Shown: piece after piece, positions 44,525 through 54,410 of the stretch
How positions within the stretch are numbered: the stretch's first letter is position 1
Layout of the letters: the number at the start of each line of letters is the position of its first letter
NCBI GenBank assembly: GCA_963814375.1
Contig: CAWFCQ010000005.1
Coordinates: 1 to 64,000, forward strand
Direction: 5' to 3'
Source of the DNA: an uncultured Chloroflexia bacterium
Lineage (GTDB): Bacteria; Chloroflexota; Limnocylindria; QHBO01
Length of the DNA: 64,000 nt
Notes under the pieces: model-generated
Databases searched by the model: none
What the model was told of the DNA's origin: nothing
Seen by the model: the letters and a program-made list of their open reading frames with translations, nothing else
Program-made: the position numbers and the translations under genes

Positions 44525-45521
44525 AGCTCAAGACCACTTGCAAGCACTCCTGTGGGTTCGTGTCCAGCAGCTCGTACGCGGACGCAGCAGCAGGGAACGG
44601 GAAGCGGTGGGTGATCAGGTCCTCCAGGGGCAGCTCCGTCAGCAGGTCCGTAACGAGTCGCGTGCGCCGCTCGCGATCCCACCGAGGCGATATGGCAGGG
44701 TCGAGGGTTGAGACCTGGGAGCTGACCAGCCGAAGCCGTCGCCGATGGAACGCACCGCCCAGCGCCACCGTCACCCCGCGCGTCCCGTACCACGAGGCGA
44801 CCACGATCGTGGCTCCGAACGCCGCCGCGTCGACGCACGACTGGAGCGCAGACGGTACGCCGCTCGATTCGATGGCGACGTCCACCCCGCGCCCACCAGT
44901 CAGATCTCGGATGGCGGCAGCCAGCTCGTCCCCGGGCGGAAGGGCGTGGTGGGCGCCGGCCAGCCGCGAGGCCTCCCTGCGTTTCTCGTGGAGATCCACC
45001 CCGATCACCAGCCCGGCACCGGTCCGACGCAACAGCATCGTGGTCAGCAATCCGACGACCCCCTGACCGATCACCACGACGGCATCACCCAGCCTCGGGT
45101 GTGCGTCGAGCGCCACCGTCGCTGCCGTCTCGAGATTCGCCGTGAACACGCCACGCTCCCAGTTCATCCCCCGCGGCAGTGCAATCGGGAAGTCGGCCGA
45201 CACGACGTACTCGGTCTGGTGCGGATGGTGGACGAAGACCACGTCGTCGGGGGCGAGCAGGTCGACGTCCTTACCGACCTCGATTACCCGGCCGACGCTG
45301 GCGTATCCGAACTTGATGGGGAACCCGAAGCTTCCCGTCACGGTCGGAAGATCCGGCGGAAGGTCGTCCGGAGCTTCGCCGCGGTACACAAGGAGCTCGC
45401 TCCCTGCGCTGATGCCGGAGACGAGTGCCCTCACCCTCACCTCGCTCGGTCCGGTTAGCTGAGAAGCCTCGCTGCGCAGCTCCGCGATGCGCGGAGCAGG
45501 AAACCAGACGGCCTCAGGCAT
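44517..45521 (-). CDS. Zinc-binding alcohol dehydrogenase-like (MDR) protein
   Basis: SGISAGSELLVYRG, FGYASVG, HPHQ, GQGVVG, SWYG, SSQV. Confidence 0.88.
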   Translation of the reverse strand: MPEAVWFPAPRIAELRSEASQLTGPSEVRVRALVSGISAGSELLVYRGEAPDDLPPDLPTVTGSFGFPIKFGYASVGRVIEVGKDVDLLAPDDVVFVHHPHQTEYVVSADFPIALPRGMNWERGVFTANLETAATVALDAHPRLGDAVVVIGQGVVGLLTTMLLRRTGAGLVIGVDLHEKRREASRLAGAHHALPPGDELAAAIRDLTGGRGVDVAIESSGVPSALQSCVDAAAFGATIVVASWYGTRGVTVALGGAFHRRRLRLVSSQVSTLDPAISPRWDRERRTRLVTDLLTELPLEDLITHRFPFPAAASAYELLDTNPQECLQVVLSYV

Positions 45522-46803
45522 CCGTCGCGCTTCCGGGCTCGAGCTCTCCGTCAAATACAACGTCGGGTCCAACCTGGGAGAAAGCGGCGCGCCGAAATGA
45601 GATTGCGTCGGCAAGGCGCCTGATGTCGAGGTCACCCACGGCCTCGATGCCGGCCCCAAGGATGGTCGGGGCGATCGAGACGACCAGGCGTCGAACCCTC
45701 CTCTCCCGGAGCAATGAGGTGATCACCCCGGCCCCTCCCTCTACCAAGACCGATGCGAGACGGCGCCGTCCAAGCTCATCCAGTAGCTCGCCCAGATCGA
45801 GGTGCCCGTTCGGCGTGCTCGGCAACACCAGCACCTCTGCGCCCGCTGCCGCGAAGGCGCGTCGCCTGCTTCGCGGTGCGCGAGCGGTGGTGGCCAGCAG
45901 TGTTGGTGCCGCGCAATCGGTGACGACCCTTGCCGTCAGAGGGATGCGCAGCGTGCTGTCAATGACGATGCGCGTGGGCGAGGGCCCTTCGACCAGGCGA
46001 ACCGTCAGCCTCGGATCGTCGGCCATGACGGTGCCAGCACCGACCATCACGGCCGAATGAGAAGCACGCAGTTCGTGGGCGAATCGTGTCGATGCTTCAC
46101 CACTGATCCACTGGGACTCGCCTGACCGCGTGGCGAGCCGTCCATCGAGGGTCTGTGCGTAGTGGATGGTCACAGGAGGCCGAGGCAGTTGCAGCGGGGC
46201 TTCGTGGCCGAGGCGGGCGATCTTCGTGGCGAGGTAGGTCGAGTTCACGCCGTTGGGCAGAGCGGGGAGCTGCACGCGCTCGACCACCTGAATGCCCGCC
46301 GCTTCGAGCGCCGCGAGCTTGTCGGGGTTGTTGGTCATCAGCCGCATGCGCGTGAGACCCAGCTCGGACAGGATCGCCGCTGCTCCACGGTAGTCGCGAG
46401 CGTCGACCGGCAGGCCCAGGGCACTGTTCGCATCGACGGTGTCCAGACCGGCATCCTGCAGCCCGTACGCTCGCAACTTGTTCGCCAGGCCGATGCCCCT
46501 TCCCTCCTGTCTCAGGTAGAGGAGGACGCCGACGCCCTCTGACGTGATGGCGGTTAGCGCGCGGCCCAGCTGCTCGCCGCAGTCACACCGAAGCGAGCCG
46601 ACGACGTCGCCCGTCCAGCATTCAGAATGCAGCCTGACCAACGGAGCGGTCGCGGATCCGAGGTCGCCGTGTACCAGCGCGATCGGCTCCGTCCCGTCCA
46701 CGCGGTCTGCGAAGACGATCGCCTCGAACGGCCCCAGGCGCGTGGGCAGACACGCGGTCGACAGGCGCTCGACTCGGGCCTCGATGTCACGGGCAGAGTC
46801 CAT
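45514..46803 (-). CDS. ribA: GTP cyclohydrolase II fused to RibD C-terminal reductase domain
   Basis: RLHSECWTGD..RCDC, QEGRGIGL, TNNPDK; then AQTLDG, VGAGTV..DDP.LTVR, VEGG in one frame. Confidence 0.9.
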   Translation of the reverse strand: MDSARDIEARVERLSTACLPTRLGPFEAIVFADRVDGTEPIALVHGDLGSATAPLVRLHSECWTGDVVGSLRCDCGEQLGRALTAITSEGVGVLLYLRQEGRGIGLANKLRAYGLQDAGLDTVDANSALGLPVDARDYRGAAAILSELGLTRMRLMTNNPDKLAALEAAGIQVVERVQLPALPNGVNSTYLATKIARLGHEAPLQLPRPPVTIHYAQTLDGRLATRSGESQWISGEASTRFAHELRASHSAVMVGAGTVMADDPRLTVRLVEGPSPTRIVIDSTLRIPLTARVVTDCAAPTLLATTARAPRSRRRAFAAAGAEVLVLPSTPNGHLDLGELLDELGRRRLASVLVEGGAGVITSLLRERRVRRLVVSIAPTILGAGIEAVGDLDIRRLADAISFRRAAFSQVGPDVVFDGELEPGSATDA

Positions 46804-46949
46804 CGACGAGGTCCATTGCACGCCGCGCGCCACCGGGCGCGCGTGCGAACCGAGGGCGGCACCTTGCCTGCGGCAGACGCGCCCGTTGCCGTCACAGTCG
46901 ATGTGCGATTGGCGGACGCAGCGGGACGACGATTGCTATTGGCCGCGCC

Positions 46950-47165
46950 AGTGGGAGACGGAAGCCGATGCGGTCGATTTCGTCCGCGATGCCTTCAAGC
47001 ACTGCAAGGCCGTCATGGCAACGGGCGAGGCCGTCAGCCTGCTCGAGGCCGCTCACATTCCCACTGATAAGCCCGACGGGCCCGATCCCTCGGACGATGC
47101 CACGATCGTCGCACCCAAGATGACCCAGGCGGTTGCGAAACGGTTCGTGGCTGCCCTTGCCCGAC
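46950..47165 (+). pseudogene. Remnant of large-subunit catalase (KatE/HPII) C-terminal domain
   Basis: DAVDFVRDAFKHCKAV..FVAALA without upstream catalase core. Confidence 0.6.
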
Positions 47166-47259
47166 CCCTTTCAGCGCCGGCGCACCGCCGCTTCGGCGAG
47201 TGCCGTAGGAAATGAATTCGAGGGGATGAGGCGACCTCGGGCTTCGGAACCGCGACCCG

Positions 47260-47640
47260 TTAGTCCTCTACCGGACGAGCGTACGAGCTGGCGGCCGTCA
47301 GCCCGTATACGTTGCCATCAGGAGCTCGGAAGTGCAGCCAGCCCTCAGCGCCACGGACCTCGGGCTCACCGACGATCTCGACGCCGGCAGACCGCAGCTC
47401 CGTCATGGCGGCAGGCAGGTCGTCGACCAGGAACTCAGGCACCGGACCGGTGGTGAAATGGTGATGATCGGTGTCCGAAGGTCCAAAGATTTCGATCTGG
47501 GAGGAATCCGGCATCCGAGCCCAGCCGAAGTCAGGTTCGGATTCCTTCAGTGCCACCCCGAGCACATCGCGGAAGAAGGCCATCGTTTCCGGGAACGCCT
47601 TGGTCCGGGTTCCCACCCACACGACTCCCAGCACTCGCAT
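47260..47640 (-). CDS. VOC/glyoxalase family protein
   Basis: AFFRDVLG, FLVDDL, HFRAPDGNVY. Confidence 0.88.
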   Translation of the reverse strand: MRVLGVVWVGTRTKAFPETMAFFRDVLGVALKESEPDFGWARMPDSSQIEIFGPSDTDHHHFTTGPVPEFLVDDLPAAMTELRSAGVEIVGEPEVRGAEGWLHFRAPDGNVYGLTAASSYARPVED

Positions 47641-47689
47641 GACCCGATGATCGCAGGGGTGCGCAAGATGGCAGTACGGGCGCCGTCGC

Positions 47690-48214
47690 TCATTCTGCGG
47701 ATCGGTCTGAGTCGGCGATCGGCGAACCGCTTGTTCCATTCCACGGCGTGAGCCGCGGCCACCACGCGGGCACGGCGCGGCAGTAGTCATCGTATGAGGC
47801 GCCATAGGTTCTGCGCAGAGTGGGTTGCTCGTACGCCGCCACGAACGACACGACAGCGACGGAGAACAGCGCAAACCAGACGAGCACCCAGATACTGGCG
47901 AAGGCGACCGCCTGGCCGAGGATCATCGCGCCTACCGCCAGGTACATCGGGTTCCGCACCCAGCGGTAGAGCCCGCCGACGACCAGCTCGTCCGTGGGCG
48001 CGATTGGCGCCGGCGTCCCACGGCCCTCACGGACGAACTGCACGAAGCACGCGACCAGCGCCGCAAGCCCGAGCGCGACGACGACCAGTCCGAGTACTGC
48101 GACCGGCGATTCGACCAGGCCGGTGTACCGCGTGATTGACCAGGGCACCACGCCGGCCACCACCCCGGGCGCGACGATGAAGAAGAGCACGCTTCCCCAT
48201 GCCGCTCGCGTCAC
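47690..48214 (-). CDS. Isoprenylcysteine carboxyl methyltransferase/PEMT-like membrane protein
   Basis: GRGTPAP, LVVGGLYRWVRNPMY, EQPTL..YG..Y..Y...VPAW. Confidence 0.88.
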   Translation of the reverse strand: MTRAAWGSVLFFIVAPGVVAGVVPWSITRYTGLVESPVAVLGLVVVALGLAALVACFVQFVREGRGTPAPIAPTDELVVGGLYRWVRNPMYLAVGAMILGQAVAFASIWVLVWFALFSVAVVSFVAAYEQPTLRRTYGASYDDYCRAVPAWWPRLTPWNGTSGSPIADSDRSAE

Positions 48215-48264
48215 GCCGAGAATACTAGGCTCGACAGACGATGGCGCCCAGCGACGGGCCCAGT

Positions 48265-48335
48265 GAGCCGAAGCGTCCAGCTTCTCGGCGATCCGCTCCG
48301 GGCGCGCGGACTTCGGAATCACTGAGCGCCCGCGG
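48265..48335 (-). pseudogene. Short aldo-keto reductase remnant
   Basis: GRSVIPKSARPERIAEKLD matches AKR IPKS motif, no surrounding gene. Confidence 0.5.
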
Positions 48336-48439
48336 TCGATGTGCCAACGACGACCTGGGCGGGACTCTTCCCGTACGTCGCGCGGTCCTAGCCGCCACCA
48401 TGAATGCGTCCGAACGAGCCAACGCCGCCGGCTACGTAG

Positions 48440-48652
48440 TCAGCTCTCGCTCATGTACGTCCCGGTGTCGATCTCGCCGCCCCGTTCGTACCGGACGAAG
48501 ATCGGGCCTGTCGCGGTCTCCCTCGTCTCGATCAAGCGAAGGCCACGTGGGGCGGTCCCGTTGGCGAGAGCCGCTTGCCCTCGCCGATGAGCACGGGATA
48601 GATCCATGACGCCATCCAGGGTCAGGAACGTATGGACCGCGAGTTTGCGCAT
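48440..48652 (-). pseudogene. Internally deleted dihydrofolate reductase-like (RibD_C) gene
   Basis: N-term MRKLAVHTFLTLDGVM joined almost directly to C-term LRLIETRETATGPIFVRYER. Confidence 0.65.
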
Positions 48653-48762
48653 TGCTCGGTCTCCACGCCCGGATGGATTTTCCCGCCGGCACTTCGGGCC
48701 GGATGGCGAGGCAGCGGATGCATCCTTTGTGCCGCGGCGAGCGCACTGGGGACGCTCCGATT

Positions 48763-49164
48763 TCACCCATCGCCAGCGTCAGGGATCTGGCGTGGCTCCA
48801 GGGCGTCGGCCAAAGCTCGCTCCAGCTCCTCGATCGAGAACGGCTTTACGACGATGGGCACGCCCAGGTGATCGAGGCGCGGCCGTACCGATTCGACAAC
48901 GTCGACGGCACCGGTACAAAGGATGATCGGGATGGCGCGCGTGTCTTCGTCGGCTCGCATCTCCTCGATGATGCGCAGTCCGTACTCGTCGTCGTCGGGA
49001 CGCTGCAAGTCAACGAGCAGGGCATCGGCGCCAACGTCTCGCGCAGTCTCTGGCCCGGAAGCTACGGTCTCCTTTGTAACCGGCTCGTGACCAAGAGCGA
49101 CGAGCACAGACTCGTACATGTCGAGCGTTTCATTGTCATCGTTGACGACGAGAACGACGGCCAT
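48763..49164 (-). CDS. Single-domain response regulator
   Basis: VLVVNDD, LLVDL, IPIILCT, VKPF. Confidence 0.88.
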   Translation of the reverse strand: MAVVLVVNDDNETLDMYESVLVALGHEPVTKETVASGPETARDVGADALLVDLQRPDDDEYGLRIIEEMRADEDTRAIPIILCTGAVDVVESVRPRLDHLGVPIVVKPFSIEELERALADALEPRQIPDAGDG

Positions 49165-49216
49165 GCTCGGCCGGGTAAGCAACCGATGTGCCGACTTAAG
49201 CCCTCGCCCGACTCCC

Positions 49217-49599
49217 CTACCCCGCCTCCCGCTCCATGTAGAACTCGCGGAAGGAGCGGCAGCGACCGTCCGGGCCGAAGTCGAGCAAGAAGGCGTTGTG
49301 ATAGAGCCTCTCGGGGGCGTCGTCCGCCGCGGCGTAGCGGCTCCAGCCGACGGCAACAGCACGGTCGCCATCGACCACCCACGGCTCATACTGGGCGGCC
49401 CAGCTGGCCGGCGCGTCCGGCTCCTCCAGCCAGTGGTCGACGATCACGAGCCGCCCGCGCCAAGTGAAGCGATCTTCGTCCCAAGGCCGATAGCTGTAGA
49501 CGGCGTCCTCGGTAAAGATCTCCTCGATCGGCTTTCGCTCGTTTGCGCGCCAGGCGTCGACGTAGCGATCGAGCCAGGCCTGCACACGGCTCGGTTCAT
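49217..49599 (-). CDS. SnoaL/NTF2-like protein (possible frameshift at start)
   Basis: WLDRYVDAWRAN..FTEDAVY..DGRCRSFREFY. Confidence 0.85.
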
Positions 49600-50060
49600 C
49601 GCCCGATGCTAAGGAAGGTCTCCTGACTGTCGGGATGGCCGGTGGGGACCATCGCGGGCATGGGCACGGGGCCATGCGACAGCGCCGCCTTGTACAGGGC
49701 CCGCTCCACCACGTCGCTCAGCATGCCAAGCGTAAAGGGCTTCTCCAGCGAATAGACGTTGCCCAAGTCGGAAAACTCGTCGGCTCGTTCCCGCAGCGCT
49801 GCGATGTCGGCAGAGCACACGATCGCCGGCACGCTGAGCGCCGCAGCGACATCGTCATCGAGGGTTGAGTCGATCCCGAACACCAGGTTGGCGGTGTCAA
49901 GGTCGACAATCAGGAGGTCCGGACGCGTTGCGGCAAGCTCATCGACGGTAGCTTCAGACGCGTCGAAGCCCGTGACCTCGTGGTCTGCCATTTCATCCAG
50001 GATGCTCGTCATCAGCGCGATGAAGTCCGGATACTCGTTGACGACGGTTATCCGTGCCAT
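49596..50060 (-). CDS. Single-domain response regulator (atypical)
   Basis: ITVVNEY, PDLLIVDL, IVCSA, EKPF. Confidence 0.8.
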   Translation of the reverse strand: MARITVVNEYPDFIALMTSILDEMADHEVTGFDASEATVDELAATRPDLLIVDLDTANLVFGIDSTLDDDVAAALSVPAIVCSADIAALRERADEFSDLGNVYSLEKPFTLGMLSDVVERALYKAALSHGPVPMPAMVPTGHPDSQETFLSIGR

Positions 50061-50166
50061 GCCATCTCCTCCAGCCACGCGGAATCGGTACCATCGAAAA
50101 GCCTGCTCCTGGCAGAGCTATGTCGTCTGTCGCTCATCTTACTTACGCGGATGATAGCCTTACGGC

Positions 50167-50931
50167 GTGACGGCAACGCAGCCCCAGGCCGATTCGTCGG
50201 CTCCGCGCGCCAATACGATCCTCGGCGCGCTGCCGAACGGCGAATTCCAGCGTGTTGCGGGAGACCTGGAGCCGGTGGACCTGCCACGCGGCACCGTCCT
50301 CGAAGATCCCCACAGCGCGATCGAATGGGTGTACTTCCCTACTTCCGGTGTGGCCTCCATGGTTGCCCTTGGCACCGACGGTGAGTCGGTCGACACGACG
50401 ATGGTCGGCCGCGAGGGCATGACCGGTCTGGCCGTGTTCCTCGGCACGGGTCAGATGCCCGTTCGGACCATCGTCCAGGTGCACCTCACGGGTTACCGCT
50501 TGCCGGCAGGCGCGCTGCGCACCGAGCTCGAACGTGGCGGGCGGCTGGTCAACCTTCTCCAGCGCTACACCCAGGTCGTGATGGTCAGCATGGCGCAGCT
50601 GATCCTGTGCAATCGAGTGCACCGGCTCGATCAGCGCGCTGCTCGCTGGCTGCTCCAGGTTGACGAGCGCGTCGACGAAGCGCCCTTCGATGTGACCCAG
50701 GAATTCCTGGCCGAGATGATCGGCACACAGCGCCCGTCCGTGTCGTTGGCCCTCAGGCAGTTCAAGGACGCCGGACTCATTAAGTACAGCCGTGGGCGGA
50801 TCGTCATCAGTGACCGAGGCGGCCTTCTCGAGCGGTCGTGTGGGTGCATCAACGTCATGCACGACGAGGAGCGGCGACTGCGCGATACGACTGAGGCATT
50901 CGATATTGGCGCCGGCCGCGACAAGCAATGA
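50167..50931 (+). CDS. Crp/Fnr family regulator
   Basis: VYFPTSG, VGREG, QRAARWLL, TQEFLAEMIGTQRPSVS HTH. Confidence 0.93.
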   Translation: MTATQPQADSSAPRANTILGALPNGEFQRVAGDLEPVDLPRGTVLEDPHSAIEWVYFPTSGVASMVALGTDGESVDTTMVGREGMTGLAVFLGTGQMPVRTIVQVHLTGYRLPAGALRTELERGGRLVNLLQRYTQVVMVSMAQLILCNRVHRLDQRAARWLLQVDERVDEAPFDVTQEFLAEMIGTQRPSVSLALRQFKDAGLIKYSRGRIVISDRGGLLERSCGCINVMHDEERRLRDTTEAFDIGAGRDKQ

Positions 50932-50937
50932 GTGGGT

Positions 50938-51471
50938 TCAAACCCCAGTCGCGACCAGGCTCAGCGCCAGATCCTCGTACTCGGGTCTGAGCTCCGGCCA
51001 TCGAGCAGCCCACTGGGCGGGCTTGTCGGCCTCGAGGTGTGAGCACAGATCCTCGATGTGGGCATGCCAGCCCGCCCCGTGTCCCGCGAGCTCGGACAGC
51101 GGGATTCCGCGCTCTTCTAGCACGAGGCGAGTCGAGGAACCCTCGGGCGTGATGGTGGCCTCGATGACGGTCTCCTCCGGCGTGTCAGGATCCATCCTTG
51201 CGACCAGGTGATGCGGCGGGTCGCAGGTATCGATGCGACCCGGTCCCTCCCAGCCGCTGGTGAATCGCGCCTGGACGACGCCGCCGACGCGTAGGTCTCC
51301 ATCGACCTCGGCGATCCAGCGTGCCAATCGCCCCCGATCGGTCACGGCGTCCCACAGGTCGTCGGCATCGGTGTCGAACACGCTTTCCATGCGCACGGCT
51401 CCGCGACGGTCGTCGATGGCGCGCAGCGAGCCGGCCACCTGACCGATGTGCACGGCGTTCGAGTCGGTCAC
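50938..51471 (-). CDS. SRPBCC/AHSA1 domain protein
   Basis: LWDAVTDRGRLARW, CDPPHHL, GAGWHAH. Confidence 0.88.
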   Translation of the reverse strand: MTDSNAVHIGQVAGSLRAIDDRRGAVRMESVFDTDADDLWDAVTDRGRLARWIAEVDGDLRVGGVVQARFTSGWEGPGRIDTCDPPHHLVARMDPDTPEETVIEATITPEGSSTRLVLEERGIPLSELAGHGAGWHAHIEDLCSHLEADKPAQWAARWPELRPEYEDLALSLVATGV

Positions 51472-51791
51472 TTCTTCTTCCTTTCGTGCTTGCCACGGGC
51501 AATTTCGGTATGAAGCGCATCCAGGCGCTGCTGCCACAGTTCTCGATAGGGCGACAGCCAGCGGTCGATCTCTGCCAGGGGCTCGGGCCGGAGGCTGTAG
51601 ATGCGGAATTGCCCATCGCCCCGCACATCGACCAGGCCGGCATCTCGCAGCACCTTCAAATGGCGGGAGGCGCCGGGACGGGCGATCGGCAGGAGCGATG
51701 CGAGCTCGCCCGCGCTCGAAGGATGGTCGCGCAAGGCCTCCAGCATGACTCGGCGGCTCTCGTCAGAGAGTGCATGCATCGCTTCATCCAT
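51468..51791 (-). CDS. ArsR family regulator
   Basis: ALSDESRR, SRHLKVLRDAGLV, RIYSL; coupled to SRPBCC. Confidence 0.92.
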   Translation of the reverse strand: MDEAMHALSDESRRVMLEALRDHPSSAGELASLLPIARPGASRHLKVLRDAGLVDVRGDGQFRIYSLRPEPLAEIDRWLSPYRELWQQRLDALHTEIARGKHERKKK

Positions 51792-51854
51792 GGCGATATG
51801 TAACCACACCGATACGTACCCGTCAAGGTACATACCGCGCCATTGTTGGTGCGG

Positions 51855-52427
51855 CTACCGCTCAGGCTCGGGCAGCACCGGATACTCGGGGATCGGGTAG
51901 ATACCGATTACGAACCCGTAGGCGGTGCTCCCGGATCGGGGAAGCCGGTCGAAGCGTTGCACAAGCTCCAGTGCCTCTTCCCAGAACTCGGCAGCTCGCT
52001 CGCGCGGAATCCGGGCGTGGCGGATGTATGACCACAGCCGATGTGCCTGATACGCCTGCTGTGACTCCTGCGAGGCGACATCGAGGTCATTCGAATCCAG
52101 CGGGAGCGCCTCGTCGCGAGGCCTGGCGCCCACCCCGACGTAGAACATGCGCGCAGTCCGCCCGAAATAGCGCTCCTCGACGGCTCGGATCCTCCGAGTC
52201 CGTATGACACGCACCAGGCCGGCGTCGCTCAGGACGCCCACGTGGTACGCGACGCTGCTCTTTGGACGCCCGACCGCGGCGGCGATCTCCGACACGCTGG
52301 CTGCTCGCTCATGGAGCAAGCCGAGGATGGTGGTCCGAAGCCGATTCCCGACGGCCCGGACCTGGAAGGCCGACGTGAGGGCCATCGTGTCGTCGAGGTC
52401 GTAGTCGGGCACGGAGTTGCTTGCCAT
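51855..52427 (-). CDS. ArsR-like winged-HTH regulator
   Basis: RTTILGLL, VAYHVGVLSDAGLV, ERYFGRTAR. Confidence 0.87.
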   Translation of the reverse strand: MASNSVPDYDLDDTMALTSAFQVRAVGNRLRTTILGLLHERAASVSEIAAAVGRPKSSVAYHVGVLSDAGLVRVIRTRRIRAVEERYFGRTARMFYVGVGARPRDEALPLDSNDLDVASQESQQAYQAHRLWSYIRHARIPRERAAEFWEEALELVQRFDRLPRSGSTAYGFVIGIYPIPEYPVLPEPER

Positions 52428-52452
52428 CGCCGATCAGACTAACATTCCCGAA

Positions 52453-52472
52453 CGATCCAGAAAACTGGATCG
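52453..52472. promoter_or_regulatory. Palindromic operator between divergent HTH regulator and hydrolase
   Basis: CGATCCAG-AAAA-CTGGATCG perfect 8-bp inverted repeat. Confidence 0.6.
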
Positions 52473-52496
52473 ATGTGCCAGAAGGGAGACAGACAG

Positions 52497-53078
52497 TTGG
52501 CCAAGATGGTGTTGTTCCACCACGTACAGGGTCTCACCTCCGGGGTCGTCGCCTTCGCCGATGCAGTACGCGCTGACGGCCACACGGTGCACACTCCCGA
52601 TGTCTTCGACGGTCGAACGTTCCCCACCATCGAGGAAGGCATCGGCTACGCCAGGACGATCGGTTTCGACGCCATTCTCGACCGGGCAGTCGACGAGGCC
52701 GAGGCACTGCCGGACGACGTGGTGTATGCCGGCTTCTCGATGGGTGTCATGGCCGCCCAGAAGCTCGCGCAGACCCGCGCGGGCGCACGGGGGGCGGTCT
52801 TGGTCGACGCCTGCTTCCCGATCGCCGAATTCGGTGGTCTGTGGCCGAAGGATGTACCGGTCCAGGTGCACGGTATGGATGCCGATCCGATGTTCGCCGA
52901 AGAGGGTGATTTAGACGCGGCGCGGGCCCTGGTCGACTTTACCGACCACGGAGAGCTCTTCCTCTACCCCGGAAACGTGCACCTGTTCGCGGACTCCTCG
53001 TTGCCCTCCTACGACCCGCAGGCGACGGAGCTCATGACGGGTCGCGTCCTCGAATTCCTGTCCGCGAGCGGGAGCTGA
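52497..53078 (+). CDS. Dienelactone hydrolase family protein
   Basis: LFHHVQG, GFSMG nucleophile elbow, YPGNVHLF. Confidence 0.9.
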   Translation: MAKMVLFHHVQGLTSGVVAFADAVRADGHTVHTPDVFDGRTFPTIEEGIGYARTIGFDAILDRAVDEAEALPDDVVYAGFSMGVMAAQKLAQTRAGARGAVLVDACFPIAEFGGLWPKDVPVQVHGMDADPMFAEEGDLDAARALVDFTDHGELFLYPGNVHLFADSSLPSYDPQATELMTGRVLEFLSASGS

Positions 53079-53174
53079 GCGCTCAGACAATTGTCGAGCT
53101 CGGTGTTCGGCCGTGCGTCGTTGGAGCGATACCCCACGCAGGGGACGCAAAGCCGTATCACAGGGACCGAAGCC

Positions 53175-53399
53175 ATGGACATCCACAACTACCCCATCGA
53201 CCTCGCCGTCAAGGTGCACGATAACCGCGCCAGGGCGCTGCTCCGCGAACGAAGTCTGCGACGAGAGCGACGCGCACTGCAGCTGGAGCAGGCCGGCCGC
53301 CGCCACGTGGGATGGTCCCTGCGCGTGTTGCTGGCAGAACCACTCTTCGTCGGCAGCGCCGGGTTCGTGCTCGGTTGGCTGGTGTCCCAGCGCGGATAG
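53175..53399 (+). CDS. Small hypothetical protein with C-terminal TM helix
   Basis: ATG-start ORF, hydrophobic C-terminus. Confidence 0.45.
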   Translation: MDIHNYPIDLAVKVHDNRARALLRERSLRRERRALQLEQAGRRHVGWSLRVLLAEPLFVGSAGFVLGWLVSQRG

Positions 53400-53480
53400 C
53401 CCGCGGCGAGGAGGGCAACATTGGCAGGGCGCGGTCAGCCCATGAGAGGCTGACCGCCACCAGCGCCCTTGGGCGTTCGC

Positions 53481-54296
53481 TCAGCCCTTCGAAGGCTCCG
53501 TCCGAGGACCCGGTGCAGGTGGTCCGGAGGGAGCGTCCGACGCTCCGGTCGTATCCCCGCCGTCCGAGGATGCTTCGCTCTGGGTCTGGGCATACTCGGC
53601 GATCTTCGCGCCAGCCTCGCGGCCCTTCGTGTACCAGCCCGCCGTGATCTGTGCCGCCGTCTGCTGCCCGCCGAGCCCGAACGCCAGGCCAGCGGCCAGG
53701 ACGACCATGGCGACGAGACCGATGAACAGCGTGTCCACAACCGTCTCGGCGATGCCCAGCTGGTCGATCGCGGCCATGACCGCGAACACCACGATGGCGT
53801 AGTAGGCGACGCTCGCCAGGAGCCCAGGGTTGGTGAACCCCATCTGGGACGTCGAGCCGCGCACCACGCCGCTGACGAACTTGGCGATCAGGGTACCGAT
53901 GACCACGATCACGATGGCCACGACCAGGTTGGGCAGCCACAGCAGGATGGCGTTGACGATCTGGCTGATCTGGGTGAGCCCGAGAATCGATGCCGCGGCC
54001 TGGATCGCCAGAAGCCGGATGAACCACTTCACGATCTCGGCGACGATCTCGCTCGCCGTCCAGCTCGAGCCGGAGCGCTCAATGAAGCCGCTGATGCCGG
54101 TGGACTGCGCCGCGCGCTCGAAGCCGACCGCCTTGAGTCCACGCTCGACGAGCCCGGCGAGCAGGCCGGCGATGAACCAGCCGATCAGGAGAATGAGCAG
54201 AGCGCCGACGAGCGCCGGCAGGAATCCCAGGAAGTTCTGAAGGGCCTCGGTGATGGACACCATCACCGCGTCGCCCCAGGTTTCGACGGTTTCCAT
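53481..54296 (-). CDS. TM-helix-repeat (CmpX/MscS N-terminal-like) membrane protein
   Basis: Repeated FLPALVGALLILLIGW / WLPNLVVAIVIVVIG; LAFGLGG. Confidence 0.82.
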   Translation of the reverse strand: METVETWGDAVMVSITEALQNFLGFLPALVGALLILLIGWFIAGLLAGLVERGLKAVGFERAAQSTGISGFIERSGSSWTASEIVAEIVKWFIRLLAIQAAASILGLTQISQIVNAILLWLPNLVVAIVIVVIGTLIAKFVSGVVRGSTSQMGFTNPGLLASVAYYAIVVFAVMAAIDQLGIAETVVDTLFIGLVAMVVLAAGLAFGLGGQQTAAQITAGWYTKGREAGAKIAEYAQTQSEASSDGGDTTGASDAPSGPPAPGPRTEPSKG

Positions 54297-54410
54297 CGTT
54301 CGAGTCTCCACGTACGAGTGCGGTTGATCCGAACGCCACATGCAGGCGGCGTGCCCTTGAGGAGCTTCCAGGTGCGGGCCAGGGGTGGCGTCCGCGTCGG
54401 GCGTGCCGCC

